64,000 nt of DNA, from contig OZ242274.1 of the NCBI GenBank assembly GCA_965207375.1, positions 1,600,001 through 1,664,000 on the forward strand, written 5' to 3'. The stretch's first letter is position 1. Each line of letters begins with the position of its first letter. Made by a program: the position numbers and the translations under genes. Source of the DNA: Nitrosopumilaceae archaeon (GTDB lineage: Archaea > Thermoproteota > Nitrososphaeria > Nitrososphaerales > Nitrosopumilaceae). The notes under the pieces were generated by a model, which ran no database searches, was not told the origin of the DNA, and saw only the letters and a program-made list of their open reading frames with translations. Below are positions 37,482-47,295 of the stretch, in pieces.

Positions 37482-39170
37482 CTAATAGTAATGATGCATC
37501 TGCCGCTGCTCCAAACCCTCCTGCTCCCAGTGGTTATGGTTTCTTCCAGGTTCTTTGTGGGCGTGAACGGTCCCGTCAATATGGCAATGAGTATTGTCAA
37601 TAAGGTCTTTTACAAAGACGTCATCTACATTCAAAACCATATTTACCGCCTCAATAGAGGATTTTAACATCTGCTCTTTGACTGCAGCAGTATCTATTAT
37701 TCCACTCAAAGACATATCCTCCACACCTCTGGCACTAGAGTTAATCCCGTACCACCTAATTTGTCCGGTTCCTGAGGTTTTTGCCCTTAACTGCGGCAGT
37801 ACATCTAGCGTATTCATACCCACATTTCTTGCCAATGTCAACGGTATTTCGTCTAATGCATCGGCAAAACTTTGTATCGCTATTTGCTCCTTTCCTTCTA
37901 TTGATTCTGAAATTTCTCTGACCCTTTGTGCAATTATTGCCTCACATGAACCGCCGCCGAAAACGACAAATGGATCTTCAATAAAGTTTCTCAGCACAAA
38001 GATCGCATTTTTTACCGTACGATGAAACTCGTCAAGGTATCTTTTTGAACTGCATCGCAGCAGGAGTGTTACTGATCTGGGATTTTTTGCCTCTACAAAC
38101 AACATCTTATCCTCGCCGACATTTCTCTCGTATACGGAGGATGCAAAACCCAATTCATCCTTTGAGATTTTTTCAACATCCTTGCATGTATGAGCACCTG
38201 TGGATTTTTCCAGCCACCATAAATCATTATATTTTACCCTCCGGACCGAGATTATTCCCTGTTTAGCAAAGTATTCCTGTGCCAATTCTCCTATACCCTT
38301 CCTTGATATGACCAGTCCGGCACCTGATTCAGCAACCTTTTTGGCCAGCAAAAGGACATCACTTCCTTCTTGCTTTAGGAATTGACTCATCTGGGATGGG
38401 CTGGTGATCTCTATTTCTGACTCTGCCTTTGTCCGCATGGTTTCTAGCGGGTCGTTTAACAGCAGAACCTTTACGTCTTGCAGGCAGATTGGCATTTCAG
38501 AACTATCCACAGTCTTGTCAATTACAGTTCCCATTACAAGCTGGATGTCCCATGAGTTGCCAGATTTTTCTTCAATTTTGATGTCGTCTATGTCTATCTT
38601 TTGATTGTTAAAATCTGCCACAGCACAGACTGCATCCATTATCATCGCCCGTATCTTTATATTTTCAGGCATGGCATCAAAGATTGCCTTTCCTTCCAAA
38701 CAAGAATCAAGTAGCTGCTCCATAAGATTCCTGTCAGTATGACTCGACTTGATCTTTATCTCCTCCAAACATGTCAGGGCAGCCTCCAAGCTCATTTCAA
38801 AGCCTCGGATAATTGCTGTTGTAGGTATACCCATGCTGCGTAGCTTTTGCGCATGTTTTAGCAATGCACCAATTAAGACTGCAGACGCTATAGTACCATC
38901 GCCCACATGCCTATCCACCGTATTTACTGCTTCGACAACTGTTTTTGCAGCAGGATGATCAACGTCTACCTTTCTCAGAAAAGCCCCGCCGTGATTGGTA
39001 ATGGTTTCCTCCCCCAAGATGTCTATGTAGACCTTATCCATTCCTCGTGGGCCAAAGGACGTCTTGATGGTTTCAGTTACTAGTTGTCCTGCAATGATAT
39101 TGTACATCTGCGATTCCCTGATTCCGATCCGCGAGAGTTCTGGATTGATTATGTCCGGATATTTCATCAT
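37482..39170 (-). CDS. divergent group II chaperonin (thermosome-like) with substituted catalytic Asp residues and a His-rich C-tail
   Basis: SFGPRGMDK, HPAAK, VGDGT, GGGSCE, FADALDEIPLTLARN; TNDG->TNHG, SLHDAL->TVKNAI; tail THCHIDGTVHAH...NHNH...MHHYY. Confidence 0.9.
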   Translation of the reverse strand: MMKYPDIINPELSRIGIRESQMYNIIAGQLVTETIKTSFGPRGMDKVYIDILGEETITNHGGAFLRKVDVDHPAAKTVVEAVNTVDRHVGDGTIASAVLIGALLKHAQKLRSMGIPTTAIIRGFEMSLEAALTCLEEIKIKSSHTDRNLMEQLLDSCLEGKAIFDAMPENIKIRAMIMDAVCAVADFNNQKIDIDDIKIEEKSGNSWDIQLVMGTVIDKTVDSSEMPICLQDVKVLLLNDPLETMRTKAESEIEITSPSQMSQFLKQEGSDVLLLAKKVAESGAGLVISRKGIGELAQEYFAKQGIISVRRVKYNDLWWLEKSTGAHTCKDVEKISKDELGFASSVYERNVGEDKMLFVEAKNPRSVTLLLRCSSKRYLDEFHRTVKNAIFVLRNFIEDPFVVFGGGSCEAIIAQRVREISESIEGKEQIAIQSFADALDEIPLTLARNVGMNTLDVLPQLRAKTSGTGQIRWYGINSSARGVEDMSLSGIIDTAAVKEQMLKSSIEAVNMVLNVDDVFVKDLIDNTHCHIDGTVHAHKEPGRNHNHWEQEGLEQRQMHHYY

Positions 39171-39230
39171 GACACTACCGTGCTGATATTTTTAAAGATT
39201 ATCAAGGATATTCCATGACGTATTCTATTC

Positions 39231-40823
39231 TCATGTTCCGATCGAGGACTTGGGCTTGTCGTCAGCGTCATCTGGACTGTTCGTGCCGACATCAAATCCT
39301 GAACTCATAAATTCACCCTTAAAGTGTTTCAGGTCCTCGCCTGCAATGATGTCTTCCTCTGGAGGTACATAGTCTCTGACATCATGACGTGCCTTGCCAG
39401 GATACCTGTTCTGTGTAGCAAGGGCAACACCTATGAAAACCACAAATGAAACAACTGGCGGGATCATCGTATCTAGACCCGCTAGCTCCTCTGGCATGGT
39501 GAAGAAAAACGACAGTCTGAGAAACGAGCCTACAAGCAATGACGCTATTGCTGCTGGCATGTTTGCCTTTTTCCAGAACAACCCAAATGTCAGTGGTGCA
39601 AACGCACCTGCAAACATGATATCAAATGCAAGAACCAAATAGATGCCCGGCGCAGGTACAAAGTAACCCAAGGTAGTTCCTGCTACCATCATTGGTATTA
39701 TTGTGACCCTCGTCATCCAGAGCAGCTTTTTGTCATCGGTGCCCGGCTTTCCCAGCCACCGCCTGCGTATGATTCTGGTTACTAGATTTCTAGATATGAC
39801 ACTTGATATTGCCAACAGTCCCCCGCTTGCAGTGGACATGGAGGCACCTATGACACCCATAAGTATGGCAGCCCCAACTACAAACGGAAGGTGTTCAGTT
39901 GCCAACAATGGCAAGGCAAAGGCTGGAACAGTATCTGGTGGGAGGTAGTACAGGGCAACTATTCCCAACATACTGGTTGGAACCACGGTAAACAGTGTCA
40001 AGGCACCTCCCATAAATGCCCCCCTCCTTGCAGTCTTTGGACTCTTTGCAGCAAACACCCGTTCCATAAAGTCAAGGGCAATGATATCCCCAAGACCTAG
40101 TGCAAGTATTGCACCCCAATTGATCAATGCACCGTTTCCAATATCAAACAATCCGGACAGATCCAGAAACTCTGGAGGGGCACTGTTGTATATGGCATCC
40201 CACGGTACACCAGAGAATCCACCTGCAAAGAAAAGAAAACCCACCCAGAATGCTCCAATTGCAAGATATACTTGGAACAAATTAGTATAGGCAGAAGCAA
40301 AGAGACCACCGGCAACGGTATATGCAACCACTACTAGCGCCGAGATCAATATTCCCCAAAAGTAGTTTATCCCAAAGACGGTTTCTAAAATGAATCCGCT
40401 TGCAGCTAAATTGCCTGCAACTAAAACTATAAAGCTAATAATCATCAGTACCCCCGATATTCCTTCTGCGCCATTACCATATCTTCGAAAATAAAAGTCA
40501 GGCAAGGTTATCATCATCATCTTGTTGAGTGGCTTTGCATAGAACATGGCAGTAATTAACAGGCAAACTCCTAGGCCTATTGGCACTACTGCACCTGCCC
40601 AAAATCCAAACTCAAATACAAGAGCCACGTTTCCAAGCGTAGAGTTGCCATCTACTGCCTGGGCAGCAAGCATTGTTCCGACCATTGCAAGCGGCAAACT
40701 TTTTCCTGCAACAATCAGGCGTCTCCCGCTCTGCTTTACCAGCTTTCCTGCTAGAACGCCAACTACTAGAGTCAAGATGATGAAGGCAGCTATTGCAATA
40801 CCAAAGTCTCCAAAGTCGGCCAC
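39231..40823 (-). CDS. sodium:solute symporter (SSS) family transporter
   Basis: About 13 TM segments; VAGKSLP, TLPDFYFRRYG, YTVAGGL, ERVFAAKS, ASMSTASG, GLFWKKAN. Confidence 0.92.
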   Translation of the reverse strand: MADFGDFGIAIAAFIILTLVVGVLAGKLVKQSGRRLIVAGKSLPLAMVGTMLAAQAVDGNSTLGNVALVFEFGFWAGAVVPIGLGVCLLITAMFYAKPLNKMMMITLPDFYFRRYGNGAEGISGVLMIISFIVLVAGNLAASGFILETVFGINYFWGILISALVVVAYTVAGGLFASAYTNLFQVYLAIGAFWVGFLFFAGGFSGVPWDAIYNSAPPEFLDLSGLFDIGNGALINWGAILALGLGDIIALDFMERVFAAKSPKTARRGAFMGGALTLFTVVPTSMLGIVALYYLPPDTVPAFALPLLATEHLPFVVGAAILMGVIGASMSTASGGLLAISSVISRNLVTRIIRRRWLGKPGTDDKKLLWMTRVTIIPMMVAGTTLGYFVPAPGIYLVLAFDIMFAGAFAPLTFGLFWKKANMPAAIASLLVGSFLRLSFFFTMPEELAGLDTMIPPVVSFVVFIGVALATQNRYPGKARHDVRDYVPPEEDIIAGEDLKHFKGEFMSSGFDVGTNSPDDADDKPKSSIGT

Positions 40824-40868
40824 TGTTAAGATTAGAACAAAAAATTATTTAAATATTGAAAATTTTGA

Positions 40869-40918
40869 GTAAAGTACGGTTTTACGAGTAAAAAATAATA
40901 CGTAAAGTACATTTAAGC
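40869..40918. promoter_or_regulatory. two copies of a GTAAAnTACnTTTA motif upstream of the symporter TATA box
   Basis: GTAAAGTACGGTTTTAC (40869-40885) and GTAAAGTACATTTAAGC (40902-40918); minus-strand TTTAAATA at 40846-40853. Confidence 0.55.
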
Positions 40919-41020
40919 AAAATTTTTACATAAAAATCATAAAAATTGCAAATTTTTTAAATATGCCATTTTATTTCAGAGAATCTTAAACTTTTTTATT
41001 TAAATTCCCGATCAAAACTT

Positions 41021-41182
41021 ATGGACAAACAATTTGCATTTGCAGTAATTTTGATAATTTTGGGCTTTGGACTGACTCAGGTAAATCAGGAAGACCCTTT
41101 TTTTAGTGGATTAGGGTATGGAACTGTTGCAATGGCTGCAATTTGGATAGTATTTAGAATAGTCAAAGATCTGAAAAAATAA
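41021..41182 (+). CDS. 53-aa two-TM membrane microprotein (not in ORF track)
   Basis: MDKQFAFAVILIILGFGLTQVNQEDPFFSGLGYGTVAMAAIWIVFRIVKDLKK*; TTTAAA upstream. Confidence 0.65.
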   Translation: MDKQFAFAVILIILGFGLTQVNQEDPFFSGLGYGTVAMAAIWIVFRIVKDLKK

Positions 41183-41491
41183 CCAGTGTAGAGTCTTTTG
41201 CATTAATCTTTGGCAAATAGACAGTCACCCATACTGCGGTCCACAATGTGAATAAAAAATTCACATCATATTGCAAGTGAATGGTCTAAAGAATATGCGT
41301 TACGTAACTGCTCCATTGATCAACACTGCTGTGCCTGCATTACAATAAGTGTACTCCACTTGTTACTACCATGTTGTTCACACAACGAAAAATTATTTAT
41401 TTTAAAAAATATCAAATTTACAAAAAATCATAACACAAAAAGACACCACAATTCAAGAGGTGATAAATTGTGATAATTACTACAACAATTC

Positions 41492-42855
41492 TAGACAGTA
41501 GCGCAACTACGACTTGGTCCAAATCTAACTCACTTGATCCAAGTCTGATTGACTTGTACTGTAAAGTTTACAGTCATTATGCTCTAGCCATGGCCTCCTG
41601 CGCTATGTCTAGCATTTTATTGTATGCAAATACCTTAAATGAAATCTCCCGAACTATGTTTTCCATCTTTACTGCCATTACAGCGCTTCCAAACATTCGC
41701 TTGAATGCCGAAAACATTATCTCAACTAGCCATCTTCTGCCGTATCCTACCTGTTTTTTCCACTTTTTCATATTTTCTGCACGTTGTGCATCAGTTAATG
41801 TTGCAAATGTATTGGCATGCACTCCTCCTCCAAGCTGTTCTAGTACAGCCTTTTTGCGCGCCCTGCCTCCCTTTCTACCACGTACCTTTGCAGCAGAGTT
41901 AGAAGCTACTGGTGATACCAGCTCGATTCCAAATAAATCACACATATCAAAGAACTTGCATTTTGAATACAGTCCATCACCTAACAGTCTGATATTTGGA
42001 TTATTGTCTTTGTCCTTTTCTTCCAAGCGAGTCTGAATTGTATCTGTTGAATCATATTCTTTATCCTGTTTTGTATCTTGTTTTTTTGTACCACTCTTTA
42101 CATTCTCCTGTTTTGTATCTAGTTTTTCTGTATCTTGTTTTTGTACCTGTACACCCAGATTTTCTAGTGCGGTTTCAATCATATTCTCTAGTCCCATTGC
42201 TTCTCCGGTACGCTCATCTGTAATCTCATAGGCAAGTATCTTCATGGTATCGTGATCAATTATTGTTGTAAATCTGATAAAACCACGCCTAACTTTGTGT
42301 TTGGCACGTATAAATTCTCCACGGGTACACGGCTCTAGGCCTGTACCGTCAGGTAGTATGCTGATTGTAACCTTGTTATTACCATTTTTTTTGAATGTCA
42401 TCTTTCCAAGCTTGTCTGTATCTAGTGCTAGAATGCGTGTGCGTATTTTTGTAAAATGTGGAACGTTGTCTTTACCAAGGGATTCTGCTGCTAATCCTTC
42501 AAGTACACGATATGACAATCCGCACATTGAACGTACTAGTGCTAGGGCAACAAACAACGAATCAGGATATTCATACGGATGTCCGTTTTTTTTCTTGTTC
42601 ATACTGCGTAACTCCTCTTGTATTTGTGGATCATCAAGACTTTTGTTGGTCAATGCAAGCTGTCTTCCACGTTCGATGTATCTTGCATCGTTTTGAGCAT
42701 GAGTAATTTTAGTTCCATCAGCTAGTTTAGGCACAAGCATACAAGTGATATCATGATCAAAAAGCACGTAATGTAAAAAATCCTGATGGATTAGTCTAAT
42801 ATGGGTCATTTCGTATGATTTTGAAGGATTTTAGGCAGGGTTGCGCTACTGTCTA
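41492..42855 (-). mobile_element. IS5-family insertion sequence
   Basis: Perfect 16-bp IR TAGACAGTAGCGCAAC; direct repeat AACAATTC (8 bp, extendable to AACAATTCTA) on both sides. Confidence 0.88.
41577..42809 (-). CDS. IS5-family DDE transposase (true start may be 42740)
   Basis: GHPYEYPD, LSYRVLEG, PHFTKI, PDGTG, LLGDGLY, WKKQVGYGRRWLVEIMFSAFKRMFG. Confidence 0.88.
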   Translation of the reverse strand: MTHIRLIHQDFLHYVLFDHDITCMLVPKLADGTKITHAQNDARYIERGRQLALTNKSLDDPQIQEELRSMNKKKNGHPYEYPDSLFVALALVRSMCGLSYRVLEGLAAESLGKDNVPHFTKIRTRILALDTDKLGKMTFKKNGNNKVTISILPDGTGLEPCTRGEFIRAKHKVRRGFIRFTTIIDHDTMKILAYEITDERTGEAMGLENMIETALENLGVQVQKQDTEKLDTKQENVKSGTKKQDTKQDKEYDSTDTIQTRLEEKDKDNNPNIRLLGDGLYSKCKFFDMCDLFGIELVSPVASNSAAKVRGRKGGRARKKAVLEQLGGGVHANTFATLTDAQRAENMKKWKKQVGYGRRWLVEIMFSAFKRMFGSAVMAVKMENIVREISFKVFAYNKMLDIAQEAMARA

Positions 42856-44153
42856 AACAATTCTAATACTTTCTCATCTAATAATACCATTACACGCAAG
42901 ACAGAAAAATACGAATCAACAAAAAACTGTCTAGAAAAACCTAGAGAACAACCTGATCACAATAGTGTAACCCACAAGGTCAAAGTAGATGAAGAAAAAG
43001 ATCACGTCTTGTACACATGTATCAACTGTGGTTCTGAGGACATAGACTGCATATGTATCAAAATCATAACGATGACTGATCTTCAGTAGATGGAAATTCA
43101 CCCCTAACCTGCGCCACCTGCATCGTACGGCATTCCAACAATTCTGATATATTCTAAAGCACACACCATAACTGCACCGATCATCTGTCTCATTGTAATG
43201 TTTGACTGTGATACGTCATCATATCGCATCAATGTCCACATGTTGCGCATGAAAACGCAAATAAAAAACAGAAAAATCCGAAACAGATGATTGCGACTAC
43301 TGGTTCTAGGTCTGAATTGTTCTAGCTGTCTGTAGCCTGTCTCTATTCCCCACCTACGACGATACGCCTTTGGCAGCATCTCAATCTCTTTGATGGCACG
43401 CTCCTGTGATAAATTGGTGGCAAAGACTACATACTTTTCAATTATTTTAGCATCAGGATCATTATACTTTTTGGATTTTCTGATAACTAGTGTAAAGGTG
43501 AATTCTTGTCCATCTTTGTTTTTCATGGTATGAGACGACACTGCATCTGCTTTTCCTTCGTGGAATTTTATAATGCTATTTTTGATTATGGCGTTTTTTA
43601 CTGCTGGCATAAGAAACGTATAATGATTTTCGTAGTGATTTCATGACCTCTACTGAGAAAAATTCTCTATCTAGCAGCAAAAGGCGTGGATGAATCTTGT
43701 ATTTTTGCAGATTTTTGGCAAATCTATGCACGAAATCTACATCAGAATCGTCTTTGGTTATTGGAACACAATCCAGGGTAGGATTTTCATCTTTAGCTAC
43801 TATCTGCATGGTAGCATAAGCCTCAAATTTGGTGGTGCCCTTGTATGATTTGGACCGTATCAGATAAGCCAAACTGCCCTTGTCGTATCTTGGTATGAGA
43901 TGTTTGTCCATTGCAATCAGTGTGTCTGTTTTGTGAATTATTGTTTTTATTGCAGGTCGTGCTGTCTGGAGTATCATTTCATTGCAGACATGTTCTGTTT
44001 GATCAGAACTCATGCCATTTATCATGTTGCGTATCCATTTTCCACCTGGTGCATCTTTGTTAGTTTCAAAATCTGCAGCTACGGATTCTGCAGTGATACG
44101 AGAACGACTCATTTCAGTTAGCATTGTTGTAAAATTTACTAGTTTGTATTTTG

Positions 44154-45648
44154 GTACTTGTTCACGTGGTGTCTACAATTTCACCATTTGTTCAAATTTT
44201 GATCACCATCAGATCTAAATCATTCTGACTCACAAGTTGTATAATGAGTACCATCAACTGGAAAAGTGCATACAAAAAGGAACACCGAAAAGTCCTTCTT
44301 CTTGAATCTCTAGTATCAAGTTTACAAAAAATCATATTACAAAAAGATGACCTCCTACTACAAAAAGATAAAAAAATTCAAGAGCTTACCAAACGTGACA
44401 ACTATCATGACAATTCCAATACTCCTCCATCTAAGGATTCCATTACACGCAAGCAGGACCGCAAAATACGTGCAGAGAACAAAAAATCTACTGGAAAAAA
44501 ACAGGGAGGACAACCTGGTCGCACAGGTGTAGCCCGCAAGGTCAAAGTAGATGAAGAAAAAGAGCACAAATTAGACACGTGTACCAAGTGTGGTTCTCAA
44601 GACATACACCATACAGACACCAAAATCAGGATAATAACTGATATTGTGAAAACTCCTCCTCCACATACTTGCAAGCACAAGATTCATGGGTATCATTGCA
44701 ACTGCTGTGGAGCTACTGACATTACACCCGAGGTTGACATTCCAAAAAAGGGTCAGTTTGGAAATGAAGTGATAAAGGAGATAATGGATAATCACATACA
44801 TCGCATGCCGGTACGTATGAACAAGGAGGCCATGAAAAGACGTGGAATCGAAATATCTGAAGGAGGTATTCAAAACATCATAGATACAGTCTCTGATGCG
44901 TTATTTGTGCCTGCAAATGAGATAAAAGAAAAGATACAGGAAGCCGAGATTCTGATAGCAGATGAGACATCAGAGCGACTGCATGGAAAGACTATATGGT
45001 TGTGGACGTTTCATAATCCAATTACAAGTGAGAATTTCTATATAATTAATCCCAGCAGAGGAGCAGACGTACTCAAGGAAATAATAGGTGACTCACAAGA
45101 TATAATCATTACCTGTGACGGATGGCCTCCATACCGCAGATATATCATCCAGAGATGTAACGCGCACCTAATACGTGAAATCAAAACAATATCACAAAAG
45201 AATCCAGATTCTAAAATTGCAAAAAATACACTACAATGCCTACAAAAGATATACCATGACGGCAAACATGTCCTAGACAAACCACCTGATTACAGAGAAT
45301 CATATGCTGTACAATTGGAAAAAAGAACACGTAACCTTGTCAAAAGGTATGCCAATGATGAAATTGTGGGTAAATTTGTAGCAAAACTGTCACGGGCCAT
45401 ACCTGACATGTTTCGGTTTGTCATAGACCCTCGTATACCATCTACAAGCAATCTTGCAGAGCAGAGCCTGCGTGAGTATGTCGTGTGCAGGAGAATACGT
45501 GGATGTCTCAGATCTGAAAAAAGTATGGAGCGTAGAGGCAATCTGTATACGTGTGTTACTACCTGGAAGAATCTGGGACAGGATTATCTAGCAGAGCTGG
45601 TTCGGTACATTTAGGGCCAAAAATGCTCAAAAATAGGTGAACAAGTAC
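44154..45648 (+). mobile_element. intact single-ORF IS66-family element with 8-bp TSD GTATTTTG
   Basis: IR GTACTTGTTCAC/GTGAACAAGTAC; GTATTTTG at 44146-44153 and 45649-45656. Confidence 0.93.
44244..45614 (+). CDS. IS66-family transposase (TnpC-like)
   Basis: NSNTPPSKD, KQGGQPG, CxxC zinc finger, ADET, CDGW, QRCNAHLIRE, TSNLAEQSLR. Confidence 0.93.
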   Translation: MSTINWKSAYKKEHRKVLLLESLVSSLQKIILQKDDLLLQKDKKIQELTKRDNYHDNSNTPPSKDSITRKQDRKIRAENKKSTGKKQGGQPGRTGVARKVKVDEEKEHKLDTCTKCGSQDIHHTDTKIRIITDIVKTPPPHTCKHKIHGYHCNCCGATDITPEVDIPKKGQFGNEVIKEIMDNHIHRMPVRMNKEAMKRRGIEISEGGIQNIIDTVSDALFVPANEIKEKIQEAEILIADETSERLHGKTIWLWTFHNPITSENFYIINPSRGADVLKEIIGDSQDIIITCDGWPPYRRYIIQRCNAHLIREIKTISQKNPDSKIAKNTLQCLQKIYHDGKHVLDKPPDYRESYAVQLEKRTRNLVKRYANDEIVGKFVAKLSRAIPDMFRFVIDPRIPSTSNLAEQSLREYVVCRRIRGCLRSEKSMERRGNLYTCVTTWKNLGQDYLAELVRYI

Positions 45649-46165
45649 GTATTTTGTATTGTCTGCTGTGCCAAATTGTATACCTGCAGTTCCAAGTGTG
45701 TTTGAGAAGATATTAAAGATCCTTGTCCCAATCTCTCTTCGGTGTGTTTGCCCACTTTTTTGTTGACGCACTAAAGTGGGTAGGCTCACCATTCTTTTAG
45801 ATCCATAGATCAAAAATAATTCAATTTTCTGTCAAAATATGTCGATTTTTCACTTTTTTGATAGGTTTTTCCATCTACTGATCTTATAGTATCTCCTCTT
45901 CGTACTAGACACAAGATTCAGGAATATCATTATATCAACTGTGGTTATATCTACATTGCACCAAATGTTGAGATTCCAAAGTGGAATCATTTTGGATATG
46001 ATACGATAGAAAAAATAATGAAAAACCACATACTGCATGACTGTAAAGGCAATAACGTTTGCAAAAGCGCTATAGTTTGAAAAGGATTATGCAGTACATG
46101 TCAAAGAATGCAAAGACCCTAGCAGTGCGTGATTCTATCTAGTTTGAATATTTGTATCAATTATT

Positions 46166-46906
46166 TCACAGGAATGCAGATAGTTTCCCAGAAGATAAAA
46201 GTCCGTGAATTATTATTGTCCCTATAATTACAGTTATGGTTCCAGTCATAATTTGCAGACCTTTTCTTAACTTGGTAACTCTAGACACAAGGCGGAGTGG
46301 AACAGACAATGTACTGCTTGCCACCATCATACCGATTATAGATCCTAATCCAAACACCAACACAAACGAAAACACACCGTACATGTCACCTAGTGTCACC
46401 GCACTCACTGCAATCAGGCTTCCGCTTCCTGCTAGGCCGTGAATACATCCTATTAGATAGGACTTGTGAGTGTGTGAGTGACTGTCTCCGTGTCTATGTG
46501 GATGAGTGTGAATTGGACCGTTTTCATGTACATGGGGATGCGAATGCCCCAGATGGATTTTCTTTTTGTACATCGATATCCCCAATGCCACCAGCATCAC
46601 TCCGACTGCAAGCTCAAATCCATCAAATATGACAGATGGAATTTTAAATGCAAGTACAAAGACCAAAAAGCTGACCAGAAGGATCATGGAGGTATGACCG
46701 AATCCCCATATGGCTCCCAGAAGGGAGTTTCTCAGTGTCGCCAGTCTAAAGGACACAGGTGCTTTCTTTCCTTTACTATTTTGCATCTGTATCATCACTG
46801 CACTGATGTGATCTGGTTCAAAGGCATGCAAGAGGCCTACTAAGAATCCAGCTGAAAGCAAAAGACCTGTGCTGTTACCCAGCTGGCCGAGTGTTTCTAG
46901 AAACAT
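46166..46906 (-). CDS. His-rich nickel/cobalt transporter (UreH/NiCoT-related)
   Basis: GLLHAFEPDH, WGFGHT, HSHPHVHENGPIHTHPHRHGDSHSHTH, GCIHGLAGSG, FGLGSIIGM. Confidence 0.88.
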   Translation of the reverse strand: MFLETLGQLGNSTGLLLSAGFLVGLLHAFEPDHISAVMIQMQNSKGKKAPVSFRLATLRNSLLGAIWGFGHTSMILLVSFLVFVLAFKIPSVIFDGFELAVGVMLVALGISMYKKKIHLGHSHPHVHENGPIHTHPHRHGDSHSHTHKSYLIGCIHGLAGSGSLIAVSAVTLGDMYGVFSFVLVFGLGSIIGMMVASSTLSVPLRLVSRVTKLRKGLQIMTGTITVIIGTIIIHGLLSSGKLSAFL

Positions 46907-47295
46907 CAGAATCCTCGCACGGAAGAACGCAACGCAATGTCCCGTACAGGTATCGGCCTGTACAGTGAAACAGTGTATTTTTTATCCAAAATCACCTCAA
47001 AATCTAGCCTCTGAAGCATCTCTGGAACTCCAATCATTACCTGCCCTGCAGATAAAATTGACGATGCATCTTGTCTTGTCCTGTTTGCGGTTTTTCCCTC
47101 CATAATATATGAAACAACAAAACCTGCAAACAGCAATAGCGTTTCATTGATGTTTATTTTTTGCTGTAGAGTCTGCATTTTTTGTATTTTTTCACATGAT
47201 GCAATAAATATCTCATCGTCTGGTTTTTGAAACCGGAACCTTTTTTTGTACGGCAAGATATCTGGCTCCCCGTGGATTGTTATTGTAATTTGCAT
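46906..47295 (-). CDS. orphan, divergent urease gamma-subunit (UreA)-like protein
   Basis: KININETLLLFAGFVVSYIMEGKT...ILSAGQVMIGVPEML...YRPI resembles UreA KLNYPEA...GK.V...VL...QVM.GVPEM...H.PI; no ureB/ureC in the window. Confidence 0.7.
   Translation of the reverse strand: MQITITIHGEPDILPYKKRFRFQKPDDEIFIASCEKIQKMQTLQQKININETLLLFAGFVVSYIMEGKTANRTRQDASSILSAGQVMIGVPEMLQRLDFEVILDKKYTVSLYRPIPVRDIALRSSVRGF

Larger units (their letters stand above)
43104..45813 (-). pseudogene. ISH3-like transposase, disrupted by IS66 and a frameshift near 43615
   Basis: N-terminus ...ADNTKY (from 45813) continues as KLVNFTTMLTEMS after IS66 is removed; AMDKH, LLLDREF, FATN, YRRRWGIETGYR motifs. Confidence 0.85.
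43084..45880 (-). mobile_element. ISH3-like (IS4-related) element interrupted by IS66
   Basis: IR CAGTAGATGGAAA/TTTCCATCTACTG; 5-bp TSD ATCTT at 43079-43083 and 45881-45885. Confidence 0.88.
41400..46040 (+). pseudogene. old degraded IS66 transposase split into three pieces (about 41400-41491, 42856-43083, 45881-46040) by later insertions
   Basis: The pieces join into a sequence collinear with 44310-44810 of the intact IS66 (e.g. CCATTACACGCAAG, CAAGGTCAAAGTAGATGAAGAAAAAGA, CACAAGATTCA); outer limits approximate. Confidence 0.8.

Noticed and set aside
37313-37667. Overlapping 75-143-aa ORFs at the chaperonin 3' end, and the many antisense ORFs in the track
   Set aside because: Shadow frames of well-supported genes with no independent motifs
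42060-42150. Short tandem repeats (TTTTGTATCT) in the IS5 transposase
   Set aside because: They encode a low-complexity KQDT linker; no evidence of a separate element
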